DNA of 61,033 nucleotides, counting the filler, from Nemertoderma westbladi (lineage: Eukaryota > Animalia > Xenacoelomorpha): assembly GCA_032718475.1 (NCBI GenBank). It is 4 parts of 4 records of this genome, joined end to end, with 100 filler letters (N's around TTAATTAATTAA, not from the genome) between each part and the next. Parts side by side here need not be neighbours in the genome. Positions count along the whole stretch, not along the records: positions 23,253 to 35,341 come from JAUCBJ010001834.1; positions 35,442 to 56,866 come from JAUCBJ010006370.1; 2 more parts are not named here. One strand, 5' to 3'. Each line of letters opens with the position of its first letter. Within the stretch, counting starts at the first letter, position 1. Position numbers and translations under genes: made by a program. Below are positions 27,117-39,325 of this stretch, one piece after another. The notes beneath the pieces are model-generated. The model saw nothing but the letters and a program-made list of their open reading frames with translations. It was not told the origin of the DNA and made no database searches.

Positions 27117-30100
27117 GTTCCGGGGCCCGAACGCCAACGCCGCGAGGTCCCCAACGACGTCCCGCAACTCATTGTGCCTCTGGATGACGAGGCCGCCTTT
27201 TTTACAGTTGAGACCATGATTGAGGTCGAAGGCGGCCCCGCACCCATCACACCTGCTGGGTACTGCAACTAATGGACGGCCATACCTGATGGCCAGCGCG
27301 TCGGAAAACTCGCGAGGCGAGAGGTCTAGCTGGTGTTCAGAGAGCGGGAGTGTCGACACCCAGCCGCTGCATTTGAAGTCAGCGGCCCTGCGGATTGTCC
27401 GCTGGCGTTCCGAACTCAGTTCCTCGAGTTCCTCGTGGAACTCAGTGGCCTCCCGTGGCCGCTGCTCCTCCTGGCCCAGTTTCCGCGCTGACCGGAGGCA
27501 GCTGAGGTGTTCAGTGAGGCAGAACTCCTCCTTCCCCAGAATCGCCTGGACAGCATGGTGGGTACCTGCCCCAGAAACTTTGTAGGTGTGGGAGGCCTCC
27601 GCCACGGGGTTCCGCAGGCCCAGGCCACCAGAGCGGGGAGAGAGTGAGAATATACTTCGTTCCTTGGAAGAAACCTCTCCCCCAAAAACGGCTGGGAGGA
27701 AACGCTGGGCGATGGCCTCCTCCAGGATCCGGAACTTTTCGGCGCAGTCTGGCGTAACCCGCTGGAGGTACGCCCACTTGCGCTGGAGGGAGCAAACCAT
27801 TGCTGAGAAAGCCGCCTGGGGTTGAGACTCCGCCAACTCAGCCAGACAATCAATGGCGGCAACCCACGCTGCGACCTTGGCCCCCACGTACGCCGACCGG
27901 TCTGCTGATCTGCCTAGGTAACCGCCTAGGAACTTGTGGCCAGTCACAACATTTATAGTGTATTCCGCGAACACTCTCTTCGCCTCTTCCTCGAATGCTG
28001 GGTCCACCACCAGGTCGCACTTCGTAGGTTCAGGGAAATAACCGAAGGAGGGGCCGCGCTGCTGGAGTTTCCAGAACCAGTCGAGGATATCAGCAAGTCT
28101 ACCTGCTGAAGCCGAGTCGTCCACAAACCAGTTCTGTGTTACCTGTTGGTTCCGGAGCTGATGGACAAGGGGAAGAAGGCCGGCGGCGTAGAACAACATG
28201 GCGAGCTGATCCCCCTGAATGGCGCCCTCCTCGCTGAAGATGATCGTTTCGGTTCCGCAGATGATGAGAATGCTGTGGCCTCTGTAGCAATTGAAAATAA
28301 ATAGGGAACAGCGGGGCCACAACTTCCGAACATTCCACAACGCCGCCACCCTGTTAAGCCGGTTGAATGCATTGGAGGCATCAACCAGGAGGACCCCCTA
28401 ACCGTCTGCTGCCCACTCCTCAAATAATCCGGCCGTGGAGTGGACGGCAGCCTCGACACCGGCAGGCGTACTGGCGGAGAGCTGTTCTGCGCCGCATGTC
28501 AAAGTGACATCGTCCCCTGTTGATTGGGCCATTGCCCAGGCTAATACTCGACGGAGGCACTCACCAATGCCTATCGGCCGAACTCCTGGGCACTTGTCGA
28601 GGGCTATAAGGCAGCTGGACATAAGGACACAGACCGACTCCCATGGTACAATCGAGTTTGCCATGGACCGCGCGATCCCGGCTATAGCGTCGCGGAACCG
28701 CTTGCTGTGGGCGCCATAGCTGAAGAGGTAGTCACGCCAGCGGGTGGAGTCCGAGCCGGCAGGACCCGCGCCCCCATGGAGCCCTCGTACTGCAGCTTCG
28801 ATATGAGCGCTAGTAACATCTACGTCTACCCGGAGAGGAAGGTCTTCCTCACCCATCTTGAGGAGTGATTCCGGAGGGGGCGGAGTGGCGCTTGGATGTT
28901 TGCTCTGAAGGGCATCCAGGATGGTTCCCTTATGACCTCCTTCCTCGATCTCGGCATTGGGGTCGAGAATGCCACTGGACTCGCGGCCTGTCACCCACCT
29001 CACCGCGCTACGCACCTTGCCTTCGAGCATCAGTCTGGTAAACACACGGATGGTGTGGCCTTTATCCTCTTTCGGCGAACCTCGGTTCCTTCGTCCCGAA
29101 CCAAACTTTGACGAGCAGTGCTCTGCTTCGTGGAGGAGAGCCTCGAGCTGCCCAGACTTCCAAAGATCGATCCTCCGGGACAGAAGACGCCGGATATCGG
29201 CTCCCTTGTCGACCTTGGGGTCCCGGTGAAGCAGAAGGGAGTCCACGAGGAGGATACGTTCTGATCGCGCATTGGCTGTGTTGTGCTGGAGGGCAGCTAC
29301 GAAAGCGGTGCTCTCCTCAGTCAGTAACTTCACTACGTCGCGGCCAACAGCACCTCCTGGTAGTCTGTACTTCGGCCCTCGCAGCTGGGTGGCCCGTCTC
29401 CACTGTTGTAGCAGACCATCAGACTCAGTACCTTTACCAACTAAAGGGGCCCCAAAAGCCCTCGGCATCAAACCCGTTGGGTCTGTGTCAATGACCTGTT
29501 GTGGGTCTGTATTCCATTGTCGACTGAAAGTCGATATTTCCGTGTGACTTGGCTCCGACGGGGACTGGCCCCCGGACTGTGACTGAACCCCGGACTGGGA
29601 CAGACCCGCTGTGGACTGGGACAGACCCGCTGTGGACTGGGACAGACCCGCTGTGGACTGGGACAGACCCGCTGTAGACTGGGACAGACCCGCTGTGGAC
29701 TGGGACAGACTTCACGTGGACTGGGACAGACCCGCTGTGGACTGGGACAGAACCGCTGTGGACTGGGGCTGACCCGCTGTGGACTGGGACAGACCCGCTG
29801 TGGACTGGGACAGACCCGAAGTGGACTGGCACAGGCCCGCTGTGGACTGGGACAGACCCAATGTGGACTGGGACAGACCCACTGTGGACTGGGAAAGACC
29901 CGATGTGTTCTGGGACAGACCCGCTATGGACTGGGACAGACCCGATGTGGACTGGGACAGACCCGCTGTGGACTGGGACAGACCCGCTGTGGACTGGGGC
30001 TGACCCGCAGTGGACTGGGACAGATCCGCTGTGGACTGGGACACACCCGCTGTGGACTGGGACAGACCCGCTGTGGACTGGGACAGACCCGCTGTGGACT

Positions 30101-31148
30101 GGGACAGACCAGCTGTGGGCTGGGACAGGCCCGCTGTGGGCTGGGACAGACCAGCTGTGGACTGGGACAGGCCCGCTGTGGACTGGGACAGACCCAATAT
30201 GGACTGGGACTGACCCGCTGTGGACTGGGACAGACCCTCTGTGGACTGGGTCAGACCCGCAGTGGACTGGGACAGACCCGCTGTGGACTGGGACAGACCC
30301 GCTGTGGACTGGGACAGACCCGCTGTGGACTGGGATAGACCCGATGTGGACTGGTACTGGCCCGCTGTGGACTGAGACAGACCCGCTGTGGACTGGGACA
30401 GACCCGCTGTGGACTGGAACAGACCCGCTGTGGACTGGGGCAGACCCGCTGTGGACTGGAACAGACCCGCTGTGGACTGGGACAGACCCACTGTGGACTG
30501 GGACAGACCCGCTGTGGACTGGGATAGACCCGATGTGGACTGGGACAGACCCGCTGTGAACTGGGACAGACCCGCTGTGGTCTGGGACAGACCCGCTGTA
30601 GAGTCGGACAGACCCGCTGGGGACTGTGCCTGACCCCCGGTCTTGGGGGACTGGCTAGTTGCGGACAGCGGCTGATCAGTTGCGGACAGGGACTGATCAG
30701 TTGCGGACATGGACTGACCCCCGGACTGGGACTGCCCTGTGGGCTGGGACTGACCAGCTGGGGACTGGAACTGAGCAGCTGCGGGATGGGGCTGACCAAC
30801 TGTGACGGTAATGTTGAACTTTTTCGATTCAGACAAAGTAGGCGGAGAAGTTGGTACTACTGTTTCGTCGAGATCGACCAACGTGTCGTCGCCGTCGCCT
30901 TGGCTCCCCTCGGAGGAACCTTGGTCTATCGGCTGTGAGAGAGACAGGGTAGCTGAAGGAACAAACGAGTCGGGATCTGGCAGCGGCTGCGAGGACGGTA
31001 ACGGCTTTACCACGGACCTCCCATCGTTCCTGCAGTTCCCGTGTTTACCTGGAGCACAGCTAGAGCACCTCGTGTTCTTCTTCACGCATTCACACTTGGC
31101 ATTCACGCAGCGACCCCCACGCGCATTGCAGCCGTAACAAGCTGCCAT
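27113..31148 (-). mobile_element. HERO-like non-LTR retrotransposon, copy 2, single ORF with two nonsense mutations, 3'-truncated
   Basis: ORFs starting at 31148, 29471 and 28349 share one frame; stops at 29712 and 28398; RT motifs ALDKCPGVRPIGIGE, GAIQGDQLAM, WFVDD, KFLGG; zinc knuckle; ends at FGPRNV before the endonuclease. Confidence 0.92.
29560..30770 (-). repeat. 21-bp coding minisatellite in HERO copy 2 (AGLSQST heptads)
   Basis: More than 50 units of gtggactgggacagacccgct on the + strand. Confidence 0.95.
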
Positions 31149-31962
31149 CCGAAACCCTCCGCGGCTATTTGCTTAATCAATAAACGAGACCGCGTCGGAA
31201 ACGAAACTTGGGCGTTGGAACGAACAGCTGTAATCCTTCAATCCTTTATAGGCCTACTTTACTGATAAGATAAATTTCGATTTCCTGTCGAATGTCTTTC
31301 GTATGTTTTTCCTATCGTATTTTATCTAAGAGTTGATAGAATATTGGGATTTTGTATTATACACTTAGAAAATCATATAAATATCTATATAATAGGCAAA
31401 TATATTTTATTTGATTTATTAAATTATAAATAATTATTATTTTATTTTATTAGACAACTTATGTCGTTTTATTTGTTGTAAATCTTCTCTCACTTTTATC
31501 TGGGCCTATTTCAGCATAAATATCGTCCATCGAAGCTTCTTCTATAGTTAAATACGGGCATTACTATAACACCTTGGGTACCCGTAGTTTGACCAATTTT
31601 TTTCATATAAATAGGCTTTTATCATGAGGTTTTTTATTCTAGAACAAATATTTGACCTTCTGACAGTAGTATGGTATTTATTTTCCAAAAAATGTTCTAG
31701 AAAAAAAAATGTGTTCTAGAACAAAAATATTTATCAAAATTGATAACCAACACTTGTTCTATAACATTTATAAAAAAATTAGCAAAAACTCGCTAGTATT
31801 ATAGAAATTATCTATTTAATTTATTTAAATGCAATATTATAATTAATGTCATGGAAACATTACTTTTTGTGTTGGCAGAAAAAGTGCTATTTTTATGTTA
31901 AACTTGATAAACGACTTCGACTAAAAAAGTGACTTGTATACAACAAATAATAATTATTTATC

Positions 31963-32083
31963 ACATGGGAGAAAAAGTAGAACTTTTTTTCACTATTCTC
32001 GCGGCATTTTATTTACCGCGACAGCGAGGTTAATAAAGTGTCGAGAGAATATTGAAAAGAAATGTTCCACTTTTTTCCCATGT
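31963..32083. repeat. ~120-bp imperfect palindrome
   Basis: acatgggagaaaaagt...atttacc, loop gcgacagcga, ggttaat...acttttttcccatgt. Confidence 0.8.
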
Positions 32084-32877
32084 AATACGTAATTATATTC
32101 TTACTTTTTTTACTTTTTTGTTGTTCAATTCTTTAATAAAACATAGCGATATACTACAATACAGTTGTGGTACAAAATAAATTGAACTGCAGTATTTTAC
32201 TATATTGCTTCCATAGTTACTGCTATTGTAATTATTGTAATCTACAACTCCTGATGACTGCCTTAACTCAATGTTAAATAATTTAATGTTCTCGAATATT
32301 TATTAGGTAACTAGAAAGCCGCTTAACTACATAAACCAATATTGGATATTGAGTTCCGTTATGGAGTTCGTCTTTCAGACACTAAAGTTGCAAAAAATTT
32401 TTGCTCAAATTACTTGCAAACCTTTTCGACTTCGATTCTCTTTCAATCTAATTGTAATAAAATTTAAGAAATTCAAACAAAATATTTTATTTTACTTTTT
32501 TCCCTAGGGAAAAAGAGCAAGTTTTTCTCCCGATTTTTGGGTATATTCGATCAAAAAAGTAACAATTTAAGAATAAAATATATTTTGTATTTTCATAATA
32601 TATATACTATCTACCCTACCTTGAAAAAATACCTACTAATGTTCTAGAACATTCACCAACAAATTAATGGTTAAAATATGACAGGGGGTGTCGACAGGGC
32701 GAAGTAGAACCGGTAAATAGACAATCTGACATTCTAGAAACCATCAATGTAACCCAAGCCAGTCGACCACAAACAATAAACCTTAAACTAACAAGTAAAA
32801 CAATCCCACATAAAGTCGGGAGGTGCGGGGAATCCCGCACGATAAATACAATCCCGCCAGAGAGAGGGCTGGAGTGG

Positions 32878-33127
32878 AGCGCAGCGGAGGTTCGCGGAGC
32901 CGACAGTAGCGCGGCGGAGGTCCGCGGAGCCGACTGTAGCGCGGCGGAGGTCCGCGGAGCCGACAGTAGCAAGGCGGAGGTCCTCGGAGCCGACTGTAGT
33001 GCGGCGGAGGTCCGCGGAGCCGACTGTAGCGCGGCGGAGGTCCCGGAGCCGACTGTAGTGCGGCGGAGGTCCGCGGAGCCGACTGTAGCGTAGCGGAGGT
33101 CCGCGGAGCCGACTGTAGCGTAGCGGA
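32878..33127. repeat. GC-rich 30-bp minisatellite, about 8 copies
   Basis: Unit agcgcggcggaggtccgcggagccgactgt. Confidence 0.92.
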
Positions 33128-33584
33128 ACCTTTTTATGTCGGTTTGTTATTCCTGCAAAATAAACTAAATAAATTTTAGTTTGAAAAGGTTTTCTTCCGT
33201 ATATTTATTAAATACCAAACCTTATACTAACTACGGTATGTAGCACAAATACTGGATGTTCAATATTGATGTTCTAGAACATATTTATTTTGTTCTAGAA
33301 CATTTTATTTAAAAAAACATAAATTATTTAAACTAACTAGTTGTTGCTACTTTTTAATCGCCTAGAACAAGTTCGTTATCAATTAAGGTTCTAGAACACT
33401 TTGTTTTACTGGAACATTAAAAATAAATTAAATATTATATTGATCGTTTATACAAACCGAATAAATAAAAACAGCTAGTAAATAATTACTGGCTACGCTG
33501 ACTATCTAATAACAATTACTAGCGCTGTAATACTTATTAGTACTTTAGCAATTTAGCGGCAATTTACTTTATTTTATCTTTTAG

Positions 33585-34456
33585 ATTCAATAATCCCCCT
33601 AACAATGGTGCCGATCCGGGAACTCAAAATGATCCCGGGTACCGAGGAGGTTGTCTTTGTGTCTGACTTCAACCTCCCCTGTATCATAAACTCAACAACT
33701 CTCTACGAAAAGGAAGATCTACCGGGATCCGGAGGTTATATCGATTACAGGAATGTCGCGGTTTCTACGGACGTGAACCGCGTTGCCTCGGGAACCGGGG
33801 GGTCGGTGACTGTGTGGGAGCGGGAAGCGACCTGTTGGAGGGTCGTAGTGGAGGTACCGGGGGGGGGGCGTTAGTGGTTGGGTATTCGGGTATGAGATGG
33901 AGGTTGGGAATAGATATAAATCCCTCCAACCGGGACGTCATTGCAACTTGTGGGGACGACTGGGAGATTTCTATTATATCATTAACTGGGAATAGATATA
34001 AGGTTACGAACTGGGTGGGGCATTCTGGGAGGGTTCGGTGTATTCGGTTCGACTCAAACGGGTCCCGGTTAGCCAGCTGTTCGGAGGATGGCACAGTAAA
34101 AGTTTGGGTGACCGGAACCCAGGAGATGTTGTACCAATACCGGGGGCACAGTGGGGAGGTCTGGAGTCTGGGTTGGGGTCCGGATGGTGAGTCAGTGGTG
34201 TCGGTAGATGAGGGAGGAGGGATCCATCGCTTCGTTGTTGGTACAGGGGAGACCTTGTGGAGACAGGAAGCAACTCCTGAGGTCGATGGGATCGTATTGA
34301 GTCCCAACGGATCCAGAATCGCTGCTGTTGGGGAGAACACCGGGTTGATTTATATTCTAAATTCTGTAACTGGGGAGGTTATCAACCGGATTGAAGGAAC
34401 GGGGAGCGGCATCGGTGCTGTCGATTTCTGTAAAGATGACCGGCATATTATTACAG
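33585..34456 (+). CDS. WD40-repeat protein exon, with apparent frameshift at a G10 run (33859-33868)
   Basis: GHSGRVRCIRFDSNGSRLASCSEDGTVKVW and GHSGEVWSLGWGPDG; pyrimidine tract plus AG at 33584; donor ag|gtaatt at 34457; ORFs 33605 and 33814 join across the homopolymer. Confidence 0.7.
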
Positions 34457-34506
34457 GTAATTAATTAATATATCTTATTTATTACAACAGTTAAATTAAT
34501 TAGTTA

Positions 34507-35025
34507 GGGATGTAGGACAATTCGGTCCGGACAATTCAGTCCCAAAACACTAAATAAATGGGACCGAATTGTCCGGGACCGAATTGTCCGGTTCCTGATA
34601 GCAACTTTTTAGTGCTTTTTTGATATTGGTGAATGTTCTAGAACATTAGTAGAGATATTTTTATGGTAGCTAGTGTTATTTACTTGCTAGAATTCTTTGA
34701 AATTTAAAAAATACTGTAATTTTTTTTATTTTTGTTATTGGTAGTGTTCGTGAACATTATTATATATTATTTATTAAGGTGTAGCTAGTGTTTTTTTTAC
34801 TAGCTAGCATTTCCTTGAAATTATAAAAACACCTGTAAAAACATTGATATTTCAGAATTAGGCCTAAACTGTTGATGATTATATTAATTACCAACAATAT
34901 TGATGATATTATAACAGTCCCTGAATGAGATCCTGCTATTATCTAGGATAATAATTTAGGCTTGTTAACCAACCAACAACACATACAGTATACTTACGCA
35001 GTATATAAAAAAATCAGTTTTAAAT
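34507..35025. mobile_element. Truncated second copy of the 24366-25526 foldback MITE, opposite orientation
   Basis: Reverse-complement match to about 24835-25470. Confidence 0.85.
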
Positions 35026-35283
35026 TCAAAAATATAAAATATAAATTCAAATATAAATTCATTATAAATTAGTAATAATATGTGTATTGCACCATACAAA
35101 GTGTTATTTTAGATAAGAAGGGACACCCCCAACCCTCACCCCACGTTATTTTTACAAATCTTTATCATACTTTATTTAACTGGAGCTACTGTACATAGAA
35201 TTTTCTATTTTGATTTTATAGACGTTTGGCAAGTTTCTTTTGCGATATCGACCTCTAGCATCACGGCCATCCCCCCCCCCCCC

Positions 35284-35341
35284 TGTACGCGCTTTTATAG
35301 ACCTTCAGCAGTTTAACCTGCCGAAATTTATATGTCTTTAT
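35284..35341. repeat. Start of LTR-like repeat, running into gap
   Basis: tgtacgcgcttttatagaccttcagcagtttaacctgcc resembles 40196 onward. Confidence 0.65.
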
Positions 35342-35441
35342 NNNNNNNNNNNNNNNNNNNNNNNNNNNNNNNNNNNNNNNNNNNNTTAATTAATTAANNN
35401 NNNNNNNNNNNNNNNNNNNNNNNNNNNNNNNNNNNNNNNNN
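35342..35441. other. Assembly gap with TTAATTAATTAA linker
   Basis: 100-nt N/linker block. Confidence 0.98.
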
Positions 35442-37424
35442 CCCCCGTCGTCTCTCGTCCACCCATTCGACCGCCGAAGCGGGAGTCGCCAACGTTGTAG
35501 CGGGCGGACGAGGGACAACGGGCGACAAATCATGAATATTTCGCTCGGGGTCCAGGACCTGAACTGTCTCCTGGGCAGTTCTACGGGGCACAGGTAGCTT
35601 AGTGCTATGCAGAGGGAATTTAGAGGTAGTTTCAGGGAGCACAGGTGTGTCTATCACCGAAGGGGTGATTTCAAGAACAGGCCTAATTATTTCAGGCTCA
35701 TCTACTATAGTAGGGAGTCTTTCTATTTTAATTGTTTGGTCTGTGGGTTCTGTACTACCTAAGTTGGTGTTATTTAGTTGCCTTCTAACAGCTGGAGGCA
35801 AATCAGGCAATTTCTGACGGTGGAATGTTCTTTTACGTCTGCTTAGACGAGATCTATTTCCTTTGCCTTCAGTATCGGTGGTATCGCCTTCCTCAGATGA
35901 TGTATATCCCTGTCTTTTGGGAGTAGATCGATTCATCATCTGCATATTACTAGCTGTTAACTGTTTATTTATGCAGTCTTGATTCTCCTGAATGTTTTCC
36001 AATTCTAATTGGGTGATTTCTTCCGCCGCTCTACGTTCTGCTTCTGCCACTGCCATTTCCGCTTTTCTTTTCATTTCGGCTGCTTTTCTTTTCGCTTCCG
36101 CCTCTGCCGCTGTCGCTGCCGCTTTTGCCTCTGCCGCTGCCGCCTTTGCTTCTGCTGCTGTCGCTGCCGCTTTTCTTTCCATCTCGGCTGCTTTACTTTC
36201 CTCTTCGGCTGCTTTCCTTTCCGCTTCGGCAGCTGCTACTGCTGCTTTCTTTCTGTCTTCTATACGTTTTTTCTTTACTTGTTCTTCTTGGACTCGTGTC
36301 AGGCGGAGTTGTTCATCAAATTTAGCCTGATTCGCAGCCCTCATTTCCACATCGATGGCATCCAACACAAGCTTGGTTCCTTCACTATTAGGGCTAAGTC
36401 CCTCTAACCTTCTCCTCAACTCGTCATCACCTAAAAAACGTTGATAGTCTGACAGATAGATGTCAATGGCATCCCTCTTATGCGGTTTCTCTGCCGTCGC
36501 TTCACTTTCCACTTGGGAAAAAGTAGCGTCTGTTGATTCTCCATGGGTTGAGCGCTCCTCCAGCTGAGCTTTCCACTGAGCTGTTCCTTGAACCTGGAGA
36601 CTCACCCTTTGAAACCAAGTCTTTACGGCAACTTGCAACGACGTGTCTTGCCTTCGTTTAGAAGCCTCCTCAAAGGCCGATAATATTAGCCTGATTCGTA
36701 GAATTCTTTCTCTAACTTGATAAAGCAGTTGTCCCTGCTCTTGAGGTCCTTGTGGTTGTTGAAACAGTTGTCCTTTTACTCGCTCCATAGAGCTGAAGAA
36801 TCCCTGTGCGTATCCGGCTGCGGACCTCTTCCACACAGCGGGATCTATGGTTTCTTTGGCTACTCCCATCCGATGTATGTCTTCCCAGGCAGCTTCTGAT
36901 AAATCAAACGGGAGTCCGGGTCCGGGGAAGTTCCATTGCGACTCGACAATAGACTTCAGTTCTTCACTCGTGTATCCCGCATAATTATCTTTAGTTGATC
37001 GTTGACTTCTCGCCCAATCGATCTGGTGTTCTTCCACTGCAATCAATAACCTAGTGAGTACGGCTGCAGGAAGGATGAGAAGGGGATCCGAATAAACCGC
37101 ATCCATCATCTTTGCTCCGCGTTCTGGTGTCAGTTCTACAGTATCCTCACTACTGGAGCTGTTGGGCCGTTGAGAAGTAAGTTCTTGGCTCGCGGGTTGT
37201 TGCTGTTCTGCTGCTTCTTGGTCCCGCTTGACCTGAGCTCGAGTGCCTATGATAGACCTACGATGTTGGACCAGCCTAGGTTCTGTTATTACTACAGGAG
37301 GGATGACCTTCCTCACAGTGGGAGGTGAACTGAACTTACGACTAGACGGTTCTACGCCTCTATCTGAGTCGCAGATAGTTACATCTAATAAACTGTCTGA
37401 CAGGTTCTGCTTAGTATCAGACAT
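35442..37424 (-). CDS. Uncharacterised coiled-coil protein of more than 660 aa, 3'-incomplete; possibly the N-terminus of a retroelement Gag/polyprotein
   Basis: ATG at 37424, open up to the gap; helical core, Ala/Glu/Lys coiled coil, Pro/Thr-rich tail; no catalytic motif recognised. Confidence 0.6.
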
Positions 37425-38754
37425 GTTTATGGATACAGTTGAATGCCTACTGCTATATTACAGTCTAAGCAAGTCTAGCAATTCAGTATTAACTGCTAGC
37501 CTAGTAATTAATTACCGATACTGCTACTCAGTGTAGCGTGATATATATAATATATTAGAATACCGGTATGCTTATAGTATATATAACTATTATTACAGAC
37601 TAGGTTTATCACAGAATACCGGTATAATTTTAGCACAAATATATATAAATATATAATAGGCCTATCGGGAATACCGGTATACAGCTTACAGTTTTGTAGT
37701 ATATATAATTATAATTCTGGACTAGAATTAATTATAAAGTACCGGTATAGTTTCAGCCTAAATTTATAGAAATAAAGATAATAGGCCTATCGTAAATACC
37801 GGTATATCAATTATTTTAAATAATTGAATTTCTGAATTTTAGGGTTACTTGGTTACTTTACTTACTTTATTACCGTTTTTTGAGCAGTAATCCAACTGAT
37901 ATTGAGACCTAATGGTTGTATGGTAGGCCTACTATTTATAAATCGTTAGATTTGATTTATAATATATATATACCCGTTTTAATGGGTTTTGTCAGTGTTT
38001 GAAATAAATGTTATTATTTCTGGGGGGTAATCACTACACAAAGCGGTACGCTTTCAGTGAAGTGTTACTTATAGGACACTAAAACAAATAATGCTAATTT
38101 ACCTAAGTTACTTAATACTACAAATTACGTACAATTCGGGTGAGATTACAATCTCTAAATAAACACAAAAATTTACAAAAAGCACAAAATACGAATTTTT
38201 AGGGTAATTTTACAAGAAGTCTACAAACCAGCCTAACAAAGGGTTAGAATACTGGTTATTACAACGGACAGGGTACTGCGGTATTTGAAAATAATAAGTA
38301 GTAGTAAAATACACTGCGTGGTCCAGATAGGAAAATACCACCGCCTGACGACCTATAGCCGTATCGCTATAGGTACTACGTTATGTATCACGGAGTGTTC
38401 CTACCTAGAAGTTAATAGAGCTAATCGAACGTGCCTATCAACCACTTTACAACACAAATATAATGCCTACACTAATTACTTTCGGAAAGCACTGTACACT
38501 AAACCCTAAATTAGGTACGAGTACTTGTACAACATATAATCAGTAGTTAAATATACTTGAACAGCTAAAAGAACCACGGCATCTGCTGGAGTGACCGGTG
38601 CACAAAATCACCAGTCTTTACCTACGCCAAGCAGCCCGTGTAGTACCGGGGTTAATTTAACTATAGCGGTATGTATAACAAACACAATTATTGTAGGAAC
38701 AAACTTGGGGAATGAATGTTGCGAATAATCGCATAAACTCTGAATAATAAATAT

Positions 38755-39325
38755 TACGCTACGCGTACAAACCACTCAAACAAAATGCAGACCAAACACT
38801 GACAGACTACTATCAAGCCTAAATAAACTACAGGACATGCAGACTCCGAAATGATTAGGTAGTATGCGTTCTAACCCAGTAGTACGACTTATTCTTTAGT
38901 TGGGGGTTTACCTTACAGCATTGGCTGCCCCTACTTCCTAACCGTTCTTTATCGGACAGAGGCTCTACACACAATGCAATCCGTTCAGACCTAATAACAG
39001 CCAGACAACTATCCAGCCTACAAATTATCTAAGTAAATATTATACGCTACCTGTACAGACTACACAAACAAAGTACAGACTAAACGATGGCAGACTACTC
39101 TCAAGCCTAAATAAACTACAGGACATGCAGACTCCGAAATGATTAGGTAGTATGCGTTCTAACCCAGTAGTACGACTTATTCTTTAGATGGGGGTTTACC
39201 TTACAGCATTGGCTGCCCCAGCCCCTACTTCCTAACCGTTCTTTATCGGACAGGTGATCTACATACACTGCAATCCGTTCAGACTTAACAGCAATCAGAC
39301 AACAGCCCAGCCTACAAATTGTCTG
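38755..39325. repeat. ~288-bp tandem duplication, 2 copies
   Basis: cagactac..caagcctaaataaactacaggacatgcagactccg block repeated near 38803 and 39091. Confidence 0.9.

Noticed and set aside
29779-30633. + strand ORFs with WTGTDPL / VDWDRPA repeats
   Set aside because: Antisense shadows of the 21-bp array in HERO copy 2
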